Virus record (IMG/VR): IMGVR_UViG_3300023259_000001
Span: 23,752 to 87,751 of that record
Source: a virus
Taxonomy: Duplodnaviria > Caudoviricetes
Direction: 5' to 3' (one strand)
Length of the DNA stretch: 64,000 nucleotides
Shown piece after piece: positions 48,504-57,530 of the stretch. A model generated the notes under the pieces. It was not told where the DNA came from. It worked only from the letters and a program-made list of their open reading frames with translations, and did no database searches. How positions within the stretch are numbered: position 1 is the stretch's first letter; each line of letters opens with the position of its first letter. The position numbers were made by a program, and so were the translations under genes.

Positions 48504-49239
48504 ACGTGATAGGCACGGTCACAGCAGCCACGGTACCGAAGGTGTCCGCTACCTGTCCACACCCGTAGGCTGTCGGAAGCGAGCCAGTCGAATATAGGTA
48601 AATCTCGTTCGCCGTGGTGCCGTTCGTCTGGATGCCGATGTAATAGGTCTGCGGTCCAGCAACTGCCTGCGTGGCCGTAAACGCCTGACAATTCAAGGTA
48701 GAGGCGGTGCCCAAAGTTGCCCCTGCCGCGGCGCTGCTCGCCAACGCGGTACCTGCGGAATTGTACAGCACCCCAAGCCACTTATCCGTTGAAGCGCCGC
48801 TTCCCATCAACATGCAAACGCCTGTCAAGGTCGCGTTGACCGGGACGAAGATCTCCGTCAGCCCCATGAGCGAGCCGCCCGGATCGGTGCTGGAGGCCAT
48901 CAATCCCACCAGATACGGGACCGGGGACATGAACTGAGTAAAAGGCACCGTAGCGGTGACCTGCGCAATACCTTGCGGGAAATAGCCTGCCAGATTCGAG
49001 GCGGCGTCCTCGCTCCATACGTTTTTCGCGGTGCAAATCTTGATAGCGGCCAGGTCCGAGCGGTAATTGATCGGCGAGAAGCCGGGTGTGCACAGCAAGG
49101 GATCGGAAGTGCTCACGGTGTAGCCCACGAAGGGCACCGGATACGGGGCCGGGTAGTCGACGCCTGCGACGGGCGACTGGGCAAAGACGGCGCCGGCGAG
49201 AAGCACGGCGGAGAAGAAAGCGGCGGTGAGACGGTTCAT
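48466..49239 (-). CDS. Signal-peptide-bearing capsid decoration-like protein
   Basis: MNRLTAAFFSAVLLAGAVFA-Q; C-terminal domain homologous to the C-terminus of 57788-58765. Confidence 0.7.
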   Translation of the reverse strand: MNRLTAAFFSAVLLAGAVFAQSPVAGVDYPAPYPVPFVGYTVSTSDPLLCTPGFSPINYRSDLAAIKICTAKNVWSEDAASNLAGYFPQGIAQVTATVPFTQFMSPVPYLVGLMASSTDPGGSLMGLTEIFVPVNATLTGVCMLMGSGASTDKWLGVLYNSAGTALASSAAAGATLGTASTLNCQAFTATQAVAGPQTYYIGIQTNGTTANEIYLYSTGSLPTAYGCGQVADTFGTVAAVTVPITFTTAKCGPVAVY

Positions 49240-49303
49240 GGTTTGAGGCTCCTGTGGATATGGTATACCCAATTTGCTTGGGCGGAAATATGGTAAACCT
49301 AAT

Positions 49304-49498
49304 TCACTTCCCGGACCAGTGGCCCTTGCGGGCGCTGTTCGCGGGCTTCAGCACGTTCTCGTAGAGGCGCGCCGCGGCGCCGATGCCGGGGGCGTGCTGG
49401 TGCGACTGGGCGTAGGCGTCGATGGACTCGCCAGCGCGCGCGGCCGCTGCGGTCAGGCGGCCTTTTCGGATTCCGGCGAGAAATGGCTTTTCGGCCAT
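49304..49498 (-). CDS. Small basic structural-region protein
   Basis: IRKGRLTAAA...A; coupled to the upstream gene. Confidence 0.6.
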   Translation of the reverse strand: MAEKPFLAGIRKGRLTAAAARAGESIDAYAQSHQHAPGIGAAARLYENVLKPANSARKGHWSGK

Positions 49499-49499
49499 A

Positions 49500-49883
49500 T
49501 CAGTTTTCCAACATCAAGATTTGCAGCAAAGTCGGGGCGGTATGGGCCAATACCGCGGGTGCCGTCACCGCCGGCGTGAAGCGGAACAGGAACGGCGGAT
49601 CTCCCGGCAGGAGGCGCGCGAAAGCGACGCCGGACGATCCGGTAAGACCTGAAAGTATGTCGCAATAATTCGTAGGATCGAGATTCTGGATGAGGCATAA
49701 TCCCACGTTCGCCAAACTCGACACAGGGATGACGGTACCCCCAGAAGTCGTGGGTGCGGAAAAAATTAACTCCGAGTACTTACTCCCCGTTTGGGGCACG
49801 GAGATATTCTGCTGCGAGAGGCTCACGTTGACGCCGGCGGCGTTCAAAGAGAGCGATGCACCTGCGGTAATGGGGTTCGACAT
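49500..49883 (-). CDS. Structural-region beta-sandwich protein
   Basis: IQNLDPTNYCDI...RLLPGDP.FLFR. Confidence 0.65.
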   Translation of the reverse strand: MSNPITAGASLSLNAAGVNVSLSQQNISVPQTGSKYSELIFSAPTTSGGTVIPVSSLANVGLCLIQNLDPTNYCDILSGLTGSSGVAFARLLPGDPPFLFRFTPAVTAPAVLAHTAPTLLQILMLEN

Positions 49884-49928
49884 GGGAAAGTCCTTTGGGA
49901 AAGCGTTGGGAAAGCGTTGGGAAAGCTG
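49884..49928. repeat. Tandem GGGAAAG(CGTT) repeats x4 upstream of a late gene
   Basis: GGGAAAG TCCTTT GGGAAAGCGTT GGGAAAGCGTT GGGAAAGC. Confidence 0.85.
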
Positions 49929-49938
49929 TTCTTGGGTT

Positions 49939-51777
49939 TCAGTGGGTCAAGTGCAGGCCGCGTAACATGCGATGCCAAATGTTGGCGTTGGTGTTCACCC
50001 ACACGCCGTTTTGGCAGTCGTAGATGGCACCCGACCAGTCGTTGATGACGGGCAGCACAAACTGCGCGGCCGCGTTGCACGCGCCCCACAGCCCGACGTA
50101 GGTGAAGTATTGGGGGATCGTCACGTAGACCGAAGCGCTCGTGTTGTGGGCCTGGGTGCCGGTGCCGTCCCAGCCGCGCTCCACGAACACTGCGGCAGTC
50201 GGGCTTACCTGCGCCGCGGTCACCCGCATCGCTTCCTGATCCACGTAAAGCACGGTAAACGAAGCGCCTGAAGGCTGGCCAATCGAGCCGTTGCTGATCG
50301 GCTGCCCGGGCCCCGTGACGTTGGCGCTGGACGCCAGAAGCACGTAATTCTGAAACTTGTTCACCGGCGCGGTGAAGTTGGTGATGGGGATACTGTTCGG
50401 GAGTGCAGGCGGCGGGGGCGGCGGGGGCGGCACTGGCGGTGCGAACCCCAGGCTTGCAGCCTTCCAGGCCAGACCTGTGATCGTGGGAGATGACGGAAGG
50501 GCCGAGAGCATCTGCCAGGTGTAGCTGGTCACCGGCGTGTGGTCGCTGCAGGAGCCGTCCTGCAAGAGCGCGAAAGGCTGCGTGCCGAAGATGGTCGTGC
50601 GCGTTGCGCCGATCGCCGAAGAAAACCCGAATAGCCACGGCCAGAACGCGCCGCTCGTGTTGTAATTGACCATCCCCGGCCAGCCGCATCCGTTGATCTG
50701 TTCCGATTGGCACGCGACGTTCGAGCCGCTGGGGCAGTAGCTTGGCGGTCCCGATTCGTCGATCTGCACCTGCAGCCCGGCTGTAATCGCTGCCGCTGCC
50801 CATCCCGAATAAACTCCGGGCTGGTTCGACCATGACGGCGTGGCGTCGAAGCTGCGGAAGTAGATCTCCGCGCCGAACACCTGCATTCCGCTGGGCACCG
50901 ACCCGGTTACGTTGGTCGCGTAGGCGCCATCGGCCATCGTGTAGCCAGAGCCGCAGAGCACGCCCGATCCGCCCGTCGCCGAGTGGATCGCCGGGCACAG
51001 GCCGGCGATGAGGGTGTTCCAATCTGCCACGCTGAGCGTCTGCCCGGTGGAGGCGTTATCGGCTTCAACGGGTTCGTGCGCCGCGATGATCGTGTGGAAC
51101 GAGACGCTGGGAGACAGGCTGTGCGCGTGCGCCACCATGGCAGCCAGGAAGGGTTCTTCGCAGGCGAGCCGCTGCGCAACCGTCATAGTCGAGGGCGTCA
51201 GCCCGCAAATGAGCCACGGCGCGCCGCCGCCCGGAACGCCGAAGCTGATCGGTGCCATGCGAAGAGTCAAGCCCTGCGCCGCAATCCATGGCTGTATGGC
51301 GTCGTAGAACGCGAGATTCGTTGTCAGCCTCGTGCATGTGGACGCCGCGTACGTCGCCGCGCACGAGAAACCGGTCGCCGCGATGTACTCGGGCGACATC
51401 ATGTACGGCATGTAGTCGATGTTCCAGACTACGCCGGTGGCACCGCTTTTCTCCAGGATGTTCGAGACAAACGCCTCTTGGATCGGAACCGAATTGTAAA
51501 CGCAGGTTCCGGTTGTCGGGCAGTTCTCGATCCAATTTGCTTCAGCGCCCACGAGTTGCAGATCGTTGGCAAACGGCTGCGTAAGCGCCGGCTGGGGTGT
51601 GGCGTTCAGAAACGTGTTGTACGCCGAGACGTAGGCTTGGATCGTTGGTGAGCCGGTTGCGGGGCAGCCCGCGGAGGTGCCAGTGGAGCCTGCGGCCGCC
51701 CAGCATGTGCCGGGCTGGGCTTGCGCTGCGTGCGTGAAGACGAGCAGGGCCGCGGAGAGTAGAATGGCGTGCTTCAT
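49939..51777 (-). CDS. Signal-peptide protein: clan GH-A-like TIM barrel plus decoration-protein domain
   Basis: MKHAILLSAALLVFTHAAQA-Q; AAHEP (acid/base-like), QIDESG (nucleophile-like); C-terminus homologous to the N-terminus of 57788-58765. Confidence 0.6.
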   Translation of the reverse strand: MKHAILLSAALLVFTHAAQAQPGTCWAAAGSTGTSAGCPATGSPTIQAYVSAYNTFLNATPQPALTQPFANDLQLVGAEANWIENCPTTGTCVYNSVPIQEAFVSNILEKSGATGVVWNIDYMPYMMSPEYIAATGFSCAATYAASTCTRLTTNLAFYDAIQPWIAAQGLTLRMAPISFGVPGGGAPWLICGLTPSTMTVAQRLACEEPFLAAMVAHAHSLSPSVSFHTIIAAHEPVEADNASTGQTLSVADWNTLIAGLCPAIHSATGGSGVLCGSGYTMADGAYATNVTGSVPSGMQVFGAEIYFRSFDATPSWSNQPGVYSGWAAAAITAGLQVQIDESGPPSYCPSGSNVACQSEQINGCGWPGMVNYNTSGAFWPWLFGFSSAIGATRTTIFGTQPFALLQDGSCSDHTPVTSYTWQMLSALPSSPTITGLAWKAASLGFAPPVPPPPPPPPALPNSIPITNFTAPVNKFQNYVLLASSANVTGPGQPISNGSIGQPSGASFTVLYVDQEAMRVTAAQVSPTAAVFVERGWDGTGTQAHNTSASVYVTIPQYFTYVGLWGACNAAAQFVLPVINDWSGAIYDCQNGVWVNTNANIWHRMLRGLHLTH

Positions 51778-51794
51778 GCGATGATGGAGACTGA

Positions 51795-52139
51795 ATGATG
51801 ACGCGACGTGCTTTGTTTGCGCTGGTGCTCGGGGCCGTGGGCTGCAAGCCTGAACCAGGCCTTTCCGATTGGAGCGTGCGTGTCGAAACCGGGCCAGACG
51901 AAATATCGGAGATCGAAGCCGCCCACGAAGAACTCTGGCAATTGTCGGGTGCTCTTCATCCGCAAGACGTGCCGCAAGTGCGCGCTTTTCTGGAGCGTGC
52001 AATTGCGTCGCTGGAGACGAACATCCAGGATACGGATCGCATGCCCGGACCCCTCACATTTCCGTGGTGGCAGGAGTGGCGACCTGTGGATGTCCAGACG
52101 CTTCGAAAACTTCGGACTCTCTTGGAGGCGCTGGCATGA
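51795..52139 (+). CDS. Twin-Arg-like leader lipoprotein candidate
   Basis: MMTRRALFALVLGAVGC; SD GGAG. Confidence 0.65.
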   Translation: MMTRRALFALVLGAVGCKPEPGLSDWSVRVETGPDEISEIEAAHEELWQLSGALHPQDVPQVRAFLERAIASLETNIQDTDRMPGPLTFPWWQEWRPVDVQTLRKLRTLLEALA

Positions 52140-52528
52140 CCCGCCGTGCTTTGTTTGCGATGGCCGCGGCTGCGGTGCTGGACCCTGAGCGATTGCTTTG
52201 GCGTCCCGGCGCGAAACTCGTTTCGATTCCGAAGGCAACGTCGTTTCAGGGTTGGGGAATTCCGGGAACCGACCCGCCGCTCTGCGTGGGTGACATCCTG
52301 ACGTTTTGGAACGATCCACAGCAATACCGCGTAACGGCGACGCACCCGCCGGGCGAATATGTGCGGGTCGAGTTGAAGCCGGTGCTGAATTCAGCGCGTA
52401 TCACTGGCCTGATGCCAATGAAGAGAATCGCGCGTGAAGGCCGTTTCTACGCGAAATACGTGGAACTCCCTGGCGGCAGCGACCGCAACGGGGGCGCCTT
52501 CGAGGCTTCGGTCCATACCCTTACATGA
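52136..52528 (+). CDS. TRRALF/DPERLLW-leader hypothetical protein
   Basis: ATGA coupling; leader paralogous to the next gene. Confidence 0.7.
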   Translation: MTRRALFAMAAAAVLDPERLLWRPGAKLVSIPKATSFQGWGIPGTDPPLCVGDILTFWNDPQQYRVTATHPPGEYVRVELKPVLNSARITGLMPMKRIAREGRFYAKYVELPGGSDRNGGAFEASVHTLT

Positions 52529-52887
52529 CGCGACGCACCCTGTTTGCGATGATTGGCGCTGCGGTCTTGGACCCAGAGAAGCTGCTTTGGAAACCGGGAA
52601 AGCTAATCTCTATCCCGAAGCCGACGGTGCATGAAGGCTGGGACCCGACACTGCGGGTGCGGATATATGCCGCTGATCCGGCAGGTGAGCCTCAAGCCGC
52701 GGTGATACAAGCCATTCTCAATACTCCGGAAATGCTGAAACTGATCGATTCCCGGATTACCCAAGCGGAAAAGAGAATGGGGCTGGGGCTTGATAGGGTC
52801 TATCAGTGGCCGGAGTTCCAGCGGTTTATTTCGGAAGCCCGTCCGGTCCCACCACGAACTTTACGCTCACCAACTCTACGGGCTTGA
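52525..52887 (+). CDS. TRRTLF/DPEKLLW-leader hypothetical protein
   Basis: ATGA coupling; paralogous leader. Confidence 0.7.
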   Translation: MTRRTLFAMIGAAVLDPEKLLWKPGKLISIPKPTVHEGWDPTLRVRIYAADPAGEPQAAVIQAILNTPEMLKLIDSRITQAEKRMGLGLDRVYQWPEFQRFISEARPVPPRTLRSPTLRA

Positions 52888-53056
52888 CCAGCCGCAGTTT
52901 CCGCAACACCCGCAGCAGAATATTCTCGCGCGGGGTGAACCTGCACGCGAAGGAATCTCCTGGACGGGGCTGCGGCCACATCTCGATGGTGCCCATGTTC
53001 CACAACTCTTCGTGGGCATCTTCAATCTCGGTGATGTCGAAGGTGGAATTATCCAT
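52826..53056 (-). CDS. Hypothetical protein sharing an EIE.AHEELW motif with 51795-52139
   Basis: DITEIEDAHEELWNM vs EISEIEAAHEELWQL; start uncertain. Confidence 0.45.
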   Translation of the reverse strand: MDNSTFDITEIEDAHEELWNMGTIEMWPQPRPGDSFACRFTPRENILLRVLRKLRLVKPVELVSVKFVVGPDGLPK

Positions 53057-53225
53057 CGAAGAAATTTGGTGGACAGCCTCGCGGCGCGGTCCACCAGCGC
53101 CTCTGGCACACTGGAAAGCCACACCCGGGCGGACCTTCCGCGCGTACCTTGAGCTTGAAATCCGGGAAAGGGCGGTGGTTAAAGGCCGCCCTTGGCTCCC
53201 CGGCCATCGGAACTTGGCGCGCGCG

Positions 53226-53504
53226 TTACGCGGTCGCGGCGGGCGCGGGATCGGCGGCAGGCGGCGGTTGCTGCGTTCCACCCGCGGCGGCGGCGGTTTC
53301 CTTGCCGAAACGGAAGCGGCGATCGTGTTCAAGCTGGATCACAGCGTCCGGCAGCGCCTTGGCGACGTTGGCCAGGGTCTTCGCCACGCGTTCGTCGGCG
53401 TGCGCGCCGCGGCCGAGATGTGACTCTATGGCGGTGCCTTCTACTAAATATGGTTCTTTGAGGGCGTTCGCCACGTCCTTCATATACTCAGTTGGCTGTT
53501 TCAT
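53226..53504 (-). CDS. Hypothetical protein
   Basis: ATGA coupling, protein-like. Confidence 0.6.
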   Translation of the reverse strand: MKQPTEYMKDVANALKEPYLVEGTAIESHLGRGAHADERVAKTLANVAKALPDAVIQLEHDRRFRFGKETAAAAGGTQQPPPAADPAPAATA

Positions 53505-53845
53505 GAGACTGGTTGCTCCTTCGGTTTCAAGGATACCACCTCTCGAATCTTGGCGGCGATTTCCTCGTGCGCTCCGCAGCCGGTCTGGCAACCTTCAGAG
53601 CCGCCCCACGTTTCGCGGTACGTATCCGCGATCTTTGCGCAGCGTTCCTTCTCGCCGAGAACCAACAGCCGCACGCTGGCCAGTGAGCCGGGCATGAATT
53701 CGCGTCCGCATAAGCGGCAATGCCAGCGGTCTATGCGGGCCGCGCCGATCTCAATGGGTTCGTAGCGGACTTCCATGTGGGCGCAAGCCGCGGCTTCGTC
53801 TTCTCGGAGTTTAGCGACGAGACTTACTCCGCTGATCTCGCTCAT
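53501..53845 (-). CDS. Hypothetical protein (CRLC; ERCAKIAD...IAAKIR motif)
   Basis: SD GGAAG; motif common in phage hypothetical proteins. Confidence 0.6.
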   Translation of the reverse strand: MSEISGVSLVAKLREDEAAACAHMEVRYEPIEIGAARIDRWHCRLCGREFMPGSLASVRLLVLGEKERCAKIADTYRETWGGSEGCQTGCGAHEEIAAKIREVVSLKPKEQPVS

Positions 53846-53853
53846 TGCTTCCA

Positions 53854-54426
53854 CTATAACGGCTCGATGGCCCACAGGTCGGGTTCGAGTGTCGCCACTT
53901 CCGCGTGGGTTTTGCAAACGCGAAAGCTCTGACGCCCTTCGTTACCGATACCAAAGGCCCGATACTTCGCCTCTTTTACGCAAGGCGCCAGACGATTTTG
54001 ATGGTCGCCCATTTTCCAGGACACCTGGCAAATATCCGCCTCCAGGACGCCCTCGATCTGCGATTCCGGGATGATGCGGTGCCGCACGCCGTTTTCCCAG
54101 TAATCCTGGCCACCTTTGTGTGCGTAGATCACTTCCTCGCCTACTTCTACGGCGAGCGGGATGCGCTTGGCATGCGCAAACTCTTCCCACACGCCCTGTG
54201 ACGATCCTTGCCAGTCCGCGATGAACTTCTTGCCGTACTTGTAGCCGGTTCCGATGCGCACCACGCGCCCGCGGTCGCTGTATTGTCCGGCTGTGCCGCC
54301 CTTCTCGTCGAAGGTTCCGGCGTGCAGCGATGTGCCAGGTATGACGACCTGGCTGGTTGGTGCGGTGCGCTCGTTTTCGGCGAGCGGGAGAACGAGGACG
54401 GCGTTAAAGAAAGGTTGGAACAGCAT
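53854..54426 (-). CDS. GroES/Cpn10-like co-chaperonin with insertions
   Basis: FQPFFNAVLV...RGRVVRIGTG...IPLAVEVGEEVIYAH.GG....NG..HRIIPESQIEGVL. Confidence 0.8.
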   Translation of the reverse strand: MLFQPFFNAVLVLPLAENERTAPTSQVVIPGTSLHAGTFDEKGGTAGQYSDRGRVVRIGTGYKYGKKFIADWQGSSQGVWEEFAHAKRIPLAVEVGEEVIYAHKGGQDYWENGVRHRIIPESQIEGVLEADICQVSWKMGDHQNRLAPCVKEAKYRAFGIGNEGRQSFRVCKTHAEVATLEPDLWAIEPL

Positions 54427-54931
54427 TCAGCGTTGCCTTATTGACTTGGTTCCATTCGGCGGCGGTAGAAGCAAGGTAATTATGGAGCACTTGCGCGTCG
54501 CGGTTTTGGCGAACCACGGCGGTCACGACAAGCGTCATACGCTCGGGGTAGAGCCAGCGTCTGTCGTCGTTGCTTACAAGGAGGGCTACCAAAGATGAGA
54601 GTTGGTTGAGTACAAGCGTCGGGCGCCCTTGCTCTGTCCGTCGTTTCAGGATCTCCGGGTCCCACTGCTCGCCGTCGTAGAACTTTTGGGCTGCGGCCCT
54701 CTCCCCCCACGAGGGCCAGTCGCGGGGATTCGGGAATTCAGACTGAATCAGCGCATCCACGGTGACGCCATGGTAGTTTGCGCCTCTCCATTCGGGCGCG
54801 CCCAAGGGAAGAAGGGGTGCAGGGGAAGAAACCTCAGGTTTCGTCTCCTGCTGCTTCAATGCCAGAGCCAGTGCTGGAACTGCCGGTACAAATCCCGGTA
54901 TGCCGAACAACTGCCGTCGGTTGATCTTCAT
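54404..54931 (-). CDS. Mini-portal paralogue with twin-Arg-like leader
   Basis: RAAAQKFYDGEQWD...GRPTLVLN and VRQNRDAQVLHNYLAS..AE align to two separated portal segments. Confidence 0.7.
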   Translation of the reverse strand: MKINRRQLFGIPGFVPAVPALALALKQQETKPEVSSPAPLLPLGAPEWRGANYHGVTVDALIQSEFPNPRDWPSWGERAAAQKFYDGEQWDPEILKRRTEQGRPTLVLNQLSSLVALLVSNDDRRWLYPERMTLVVTAVVRQNRDAQVLHNYLASTAAEWNQVNKATLNAVPTFL

Positions 54932-54938
54932 GCTCCAA

Positions 54939-55295
54939 TTATACGTTCAAATCCACTGACACTCGCACTGGATCTGCTGCTGTTCCGTCCACCCAGATCG
55001 TGGTCAGATCGATTGCCGGCGCCTGCGAAAACTCAAGGACGCCGGAGGGATCCGCGTAGGAGCCGCCGGGAGCCGTCGCCGTCGCCGGCGCGAGTTCCGC
55101 GCTGACGTCGTTGGCGTTCGTAGTTGCGGGCGTACGCCCTCCACCGATTCCACCCATGACGTAGCCTAAGCCGGTGCCTCCGGTAGCCATTTGGATGAAG
55201 ACTCGGTTGCACATAGTGTGCGGCTGGAGCGATAACGCGACGGCCAGGTTAATCGGCGTGCCGGGAGTGAGGGTGATTTTCGTGTTTTGACGCAT
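54939..55295 (-). CDS. Structural-region beta protein
   Basis: Thr/Gly-rich, IDL..IWVDG motif. Confidence 0.65.
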   Translation of the reverse strand: MRQNTKITLTPGTPINLAVALSLQPHTMCNRVFIQMATGGTGLGYVMGGIGGGRTPATTNANDVSAELAPATATAPGGSYADPSGVLEFSQAPAIDLTTIWVDGTAADPVRVSVDLNV

Positions 55296-55307
55296 GGAGA
55301 AGGTCCT

Positions 55308-57530
55308 TTACGGGGCTACTTTTATCACCGCGGCTCCATACGCGGGCACCGTCGCCGTATATGACGTGGTGAGCGTGCCGAGGCTAGAGTGCGCCCACAG
55401 ATCGCGCGTCGTCGTGTATGGCCCTGAGCCGCACGCGGCAACTACGCCCGCGATGGTGGCAAATGTCGCGGTGATGCTCTGCGAAGTGCTGGCGCGATTC
55501 AAAAGCGCGATCGCGCACGTATTGGTGCCGACTAACTGCCTGGCCCACACTTCGCACGTCGCGCTGCCGCAGGACGCGCTCTGCGCCCTGAACGCGCTGA
55601 TACCCAAGGCGTCTTGGTCCACCGCAATGATGTCGGTATTCAGAAACGCCGCGCTCGTGGCGCTGTCCATCGCGGTGAGATCCGTCCCGGCGATGAGGGG
55701 AGACGCGAACATCGCCCACATCGAAACTTGCGTTTGGCACTGCGTGTCGGTAATGGCGACCACTTCCAGCGTGGATGCTTGACACGCCAGATAGTCGGAA
55801 TCGTTCCACCCGAGAGTCGGACCCGCAAGCGCCGGGAGCCCGGTTTGAAGATCGAAGATTGCATTAAGTGTGGTCCAACCGGCGACATCGGCTGCGTATC
55901 TCCAATAATTCCCGCCGGCTGAAGATCCCCAGGTCTGCACGTTGTAGTTGGGCCCGGCTGAAGTGTTGTATAAGAAGGCCCTTCCGGTCGCCCGCAACCC
56001 CAATCCCCAGAACTGGTAGATCGAGTGCATGGCGCTGTAATTGTACGTGCTGGTCGTCGATTGCCCAGGCAACCCGAAAGCCACGCCGTACTGATTGGAT
56101 GTCTGGCAGTTGTCGAGCTTCAGCCCGTCGAAGCCCCAGTCGGCGAACTGCTGGATGTCCTGGATCTCATAACCGAAGCTGCCCACATGCCCACCACAGG
56201 TCTGCTCGCCGCCGCCTGCGTAGGCCACGGCTTTCAGCCCGAGCGAGTGAATGTACGTCACGAGGCTCGCCATGCCGGACGGAAACATGGTCGCGTTGGC
56301 CTGGATTATGCCCGTGCGGTCCCTTGTTGTAGACCACCCTTCGGATATTTCCACCCATTTGTACCCGAGCGCCGCCATGCCGGTTGACACCAGCGCCGCT
56401 GCTTGGGTGCGGACTAACGCATCGGTGTATGCCGTGCTGTAGGCAAACCACGTGGTCCATCCCATCGGGGGAGTTGGGGAAAGGCCATTATTGATAAGCG
56501 TGGTTGTGAGGCTTGGGAGAATCGCGGTTGGGGCCACCAGCAGCGGCGTCGTGCCGGGCAAGCCATAGCTGTTCAGCCACGCATAGGCCTGCTGCATTTC
56601 GAGGTCAGACAACGCTCTCGACCAAATCATCAGGTAGGCTATGACGGTAGTTCCGCCCGCGACGCACGAAGCGGTCTGGCGCACGGAGCAGGCTACCGAA
56701 GCCAAAGGCGCGCCCGTCGCTCCTGCATTTCCGGTCTCCACGAACGCTCCGTTGTCGAGCCGCGTTTCGCGCACGTTGCCCCACCTGGACACCATCGAGA
56801 TACCGACCAATTGCGTCCCGGTCGACGGCGCGGACATATAAGTGTTCGGAGCATTATCTGTCGCGCCGTTGCGCGACTCAGGATACATCTGTCCAGCCCC
56901 GCCCCCGTAATACACTTGAGCAAAGTGGAGTTGATCTGCCGTGGCGGCCATCGACAAAACGCGCCCGGCGTTCGGGCCACCGTTGAAGATCCCCACCGCG
57001 AGCATCGTCCATTCCGTGTTCAGCGCAATCGTAGACAGGGTGGAAGCCGTCACTCCATACTGGCTACCCGCAAACGATACGCCGTTGGTTCCCAGGGTTG
57101 GCGATCCAACCAGAGTGAGCGCCGGTCCACCCGAAACCGAATTAGTAACGGAGGTGGTCCCTCCCGCCAGACTCTGCAGGTTGTATTGAGCAACTAAGCC
57201 AGCCGTGTTGATCGGGTAAGCTGCCGTAGTCTGCAACGTATGAAATTGAGGCACGGCGAATCCCTGCCTGGATTTCGCATCGCTGACCATACCGCTCGGC
57301 GTCCAGTCTGCCGGATCGCTCCCGCCGATACAGCCGCTCGCGTTGATGCACACGTACAGCGTGCCCGCGCTGGAGCAGACGCCGCCATTGGGCGCGCGGG
57401 GGAAGCTGCTGGGAGCGGACGGGCAGGCTAGCGTGGCAACGCTACCAGGACCGGACGGGTTCACGACTTGCGCGCGCATGCCCAGCGCCGCGAACAAAGC
57501 GAGCAGGGCGATAAGGTTGATTGTTTTCAT
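55308..57530 (-). CDS. GH27 alpha-galactosidase-like protein with signal leader and LamG/ConA-like domain
   Basis: TPPMGWTTW, FPSGMASL..YIHSLGLK, WGFDGLKLDNC (nucleophile), WRYAADV, WNDSDYL, QVSMWAMFASPLIAG, C-terminal beta sandwich. Confidence 0.88.
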   Translation of the reverse strand: MKTINLIALLALFAALGMRAQVVNPSGPGSVATLACPSAPSSFPRAPNGGVCSSAGTLYVCINASGCIGGSDPADWTPSGMVSDAKSRQGFAVPQFHTLQTTAAYPINTAGLVAQYNLQSLAGGTTSVTNSVSGGPALTLVGSPTLGTNGVSFAGSQYGVTASTLSTIALNTEWTMLAVGIFNGGPNAGRVLSMAATADQLHFAQVYYGGGAGQMYPESRNGATDNAPNTYMSAPSTGTQLVGISMVSRWGNVRETRLDNGAFVETGNAGATGAPLASVACSVRQTASCVAGGTTVIAYLMIWSRALSDLEMQQAYAWLNSYGLPGTTPLLVAPTAILPSLTTTLINNGLSPTPPMGWTTWFAYSTAYTDALVRTQAAALVSTGMAALGYKWVEISEGWSTTRDRTGIIQANATMFPSGMASLVTYIHSLGLKAVAYAGGGEQTCGGHVGSFGYEIQDIQQFADWGFDGLKLDNCQTSNQYGVAFGLPGQSTTSTYNYSAMHSIYQFWGLGLRATGRAFLYNTSAGPNYNVQTWGSSAGGNYWRYAADVAGWTTLNAIFDLQTGLPALAGPTLGWNDSDYLACQASTLEVVAITDTQCQTQVSMWAMFASPLIAGTDLTAMDSATSAAFLNTDIIAVDQDALGISAFRAQSASCGSATCEVWARQLVGTNTCAIALLNRASTSQSITATFATIAGVVAACGSGPYTTTRDLWAHSSLGTLTTSYTATVPAYGAAVIKVAP

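Noticed and set aside
49884-49928. CRISPR or mini-array
   Set aside because: Units are 11-13 bp with no unique spacers; no cas genes. No CRISPR array was seen anywhere in the window
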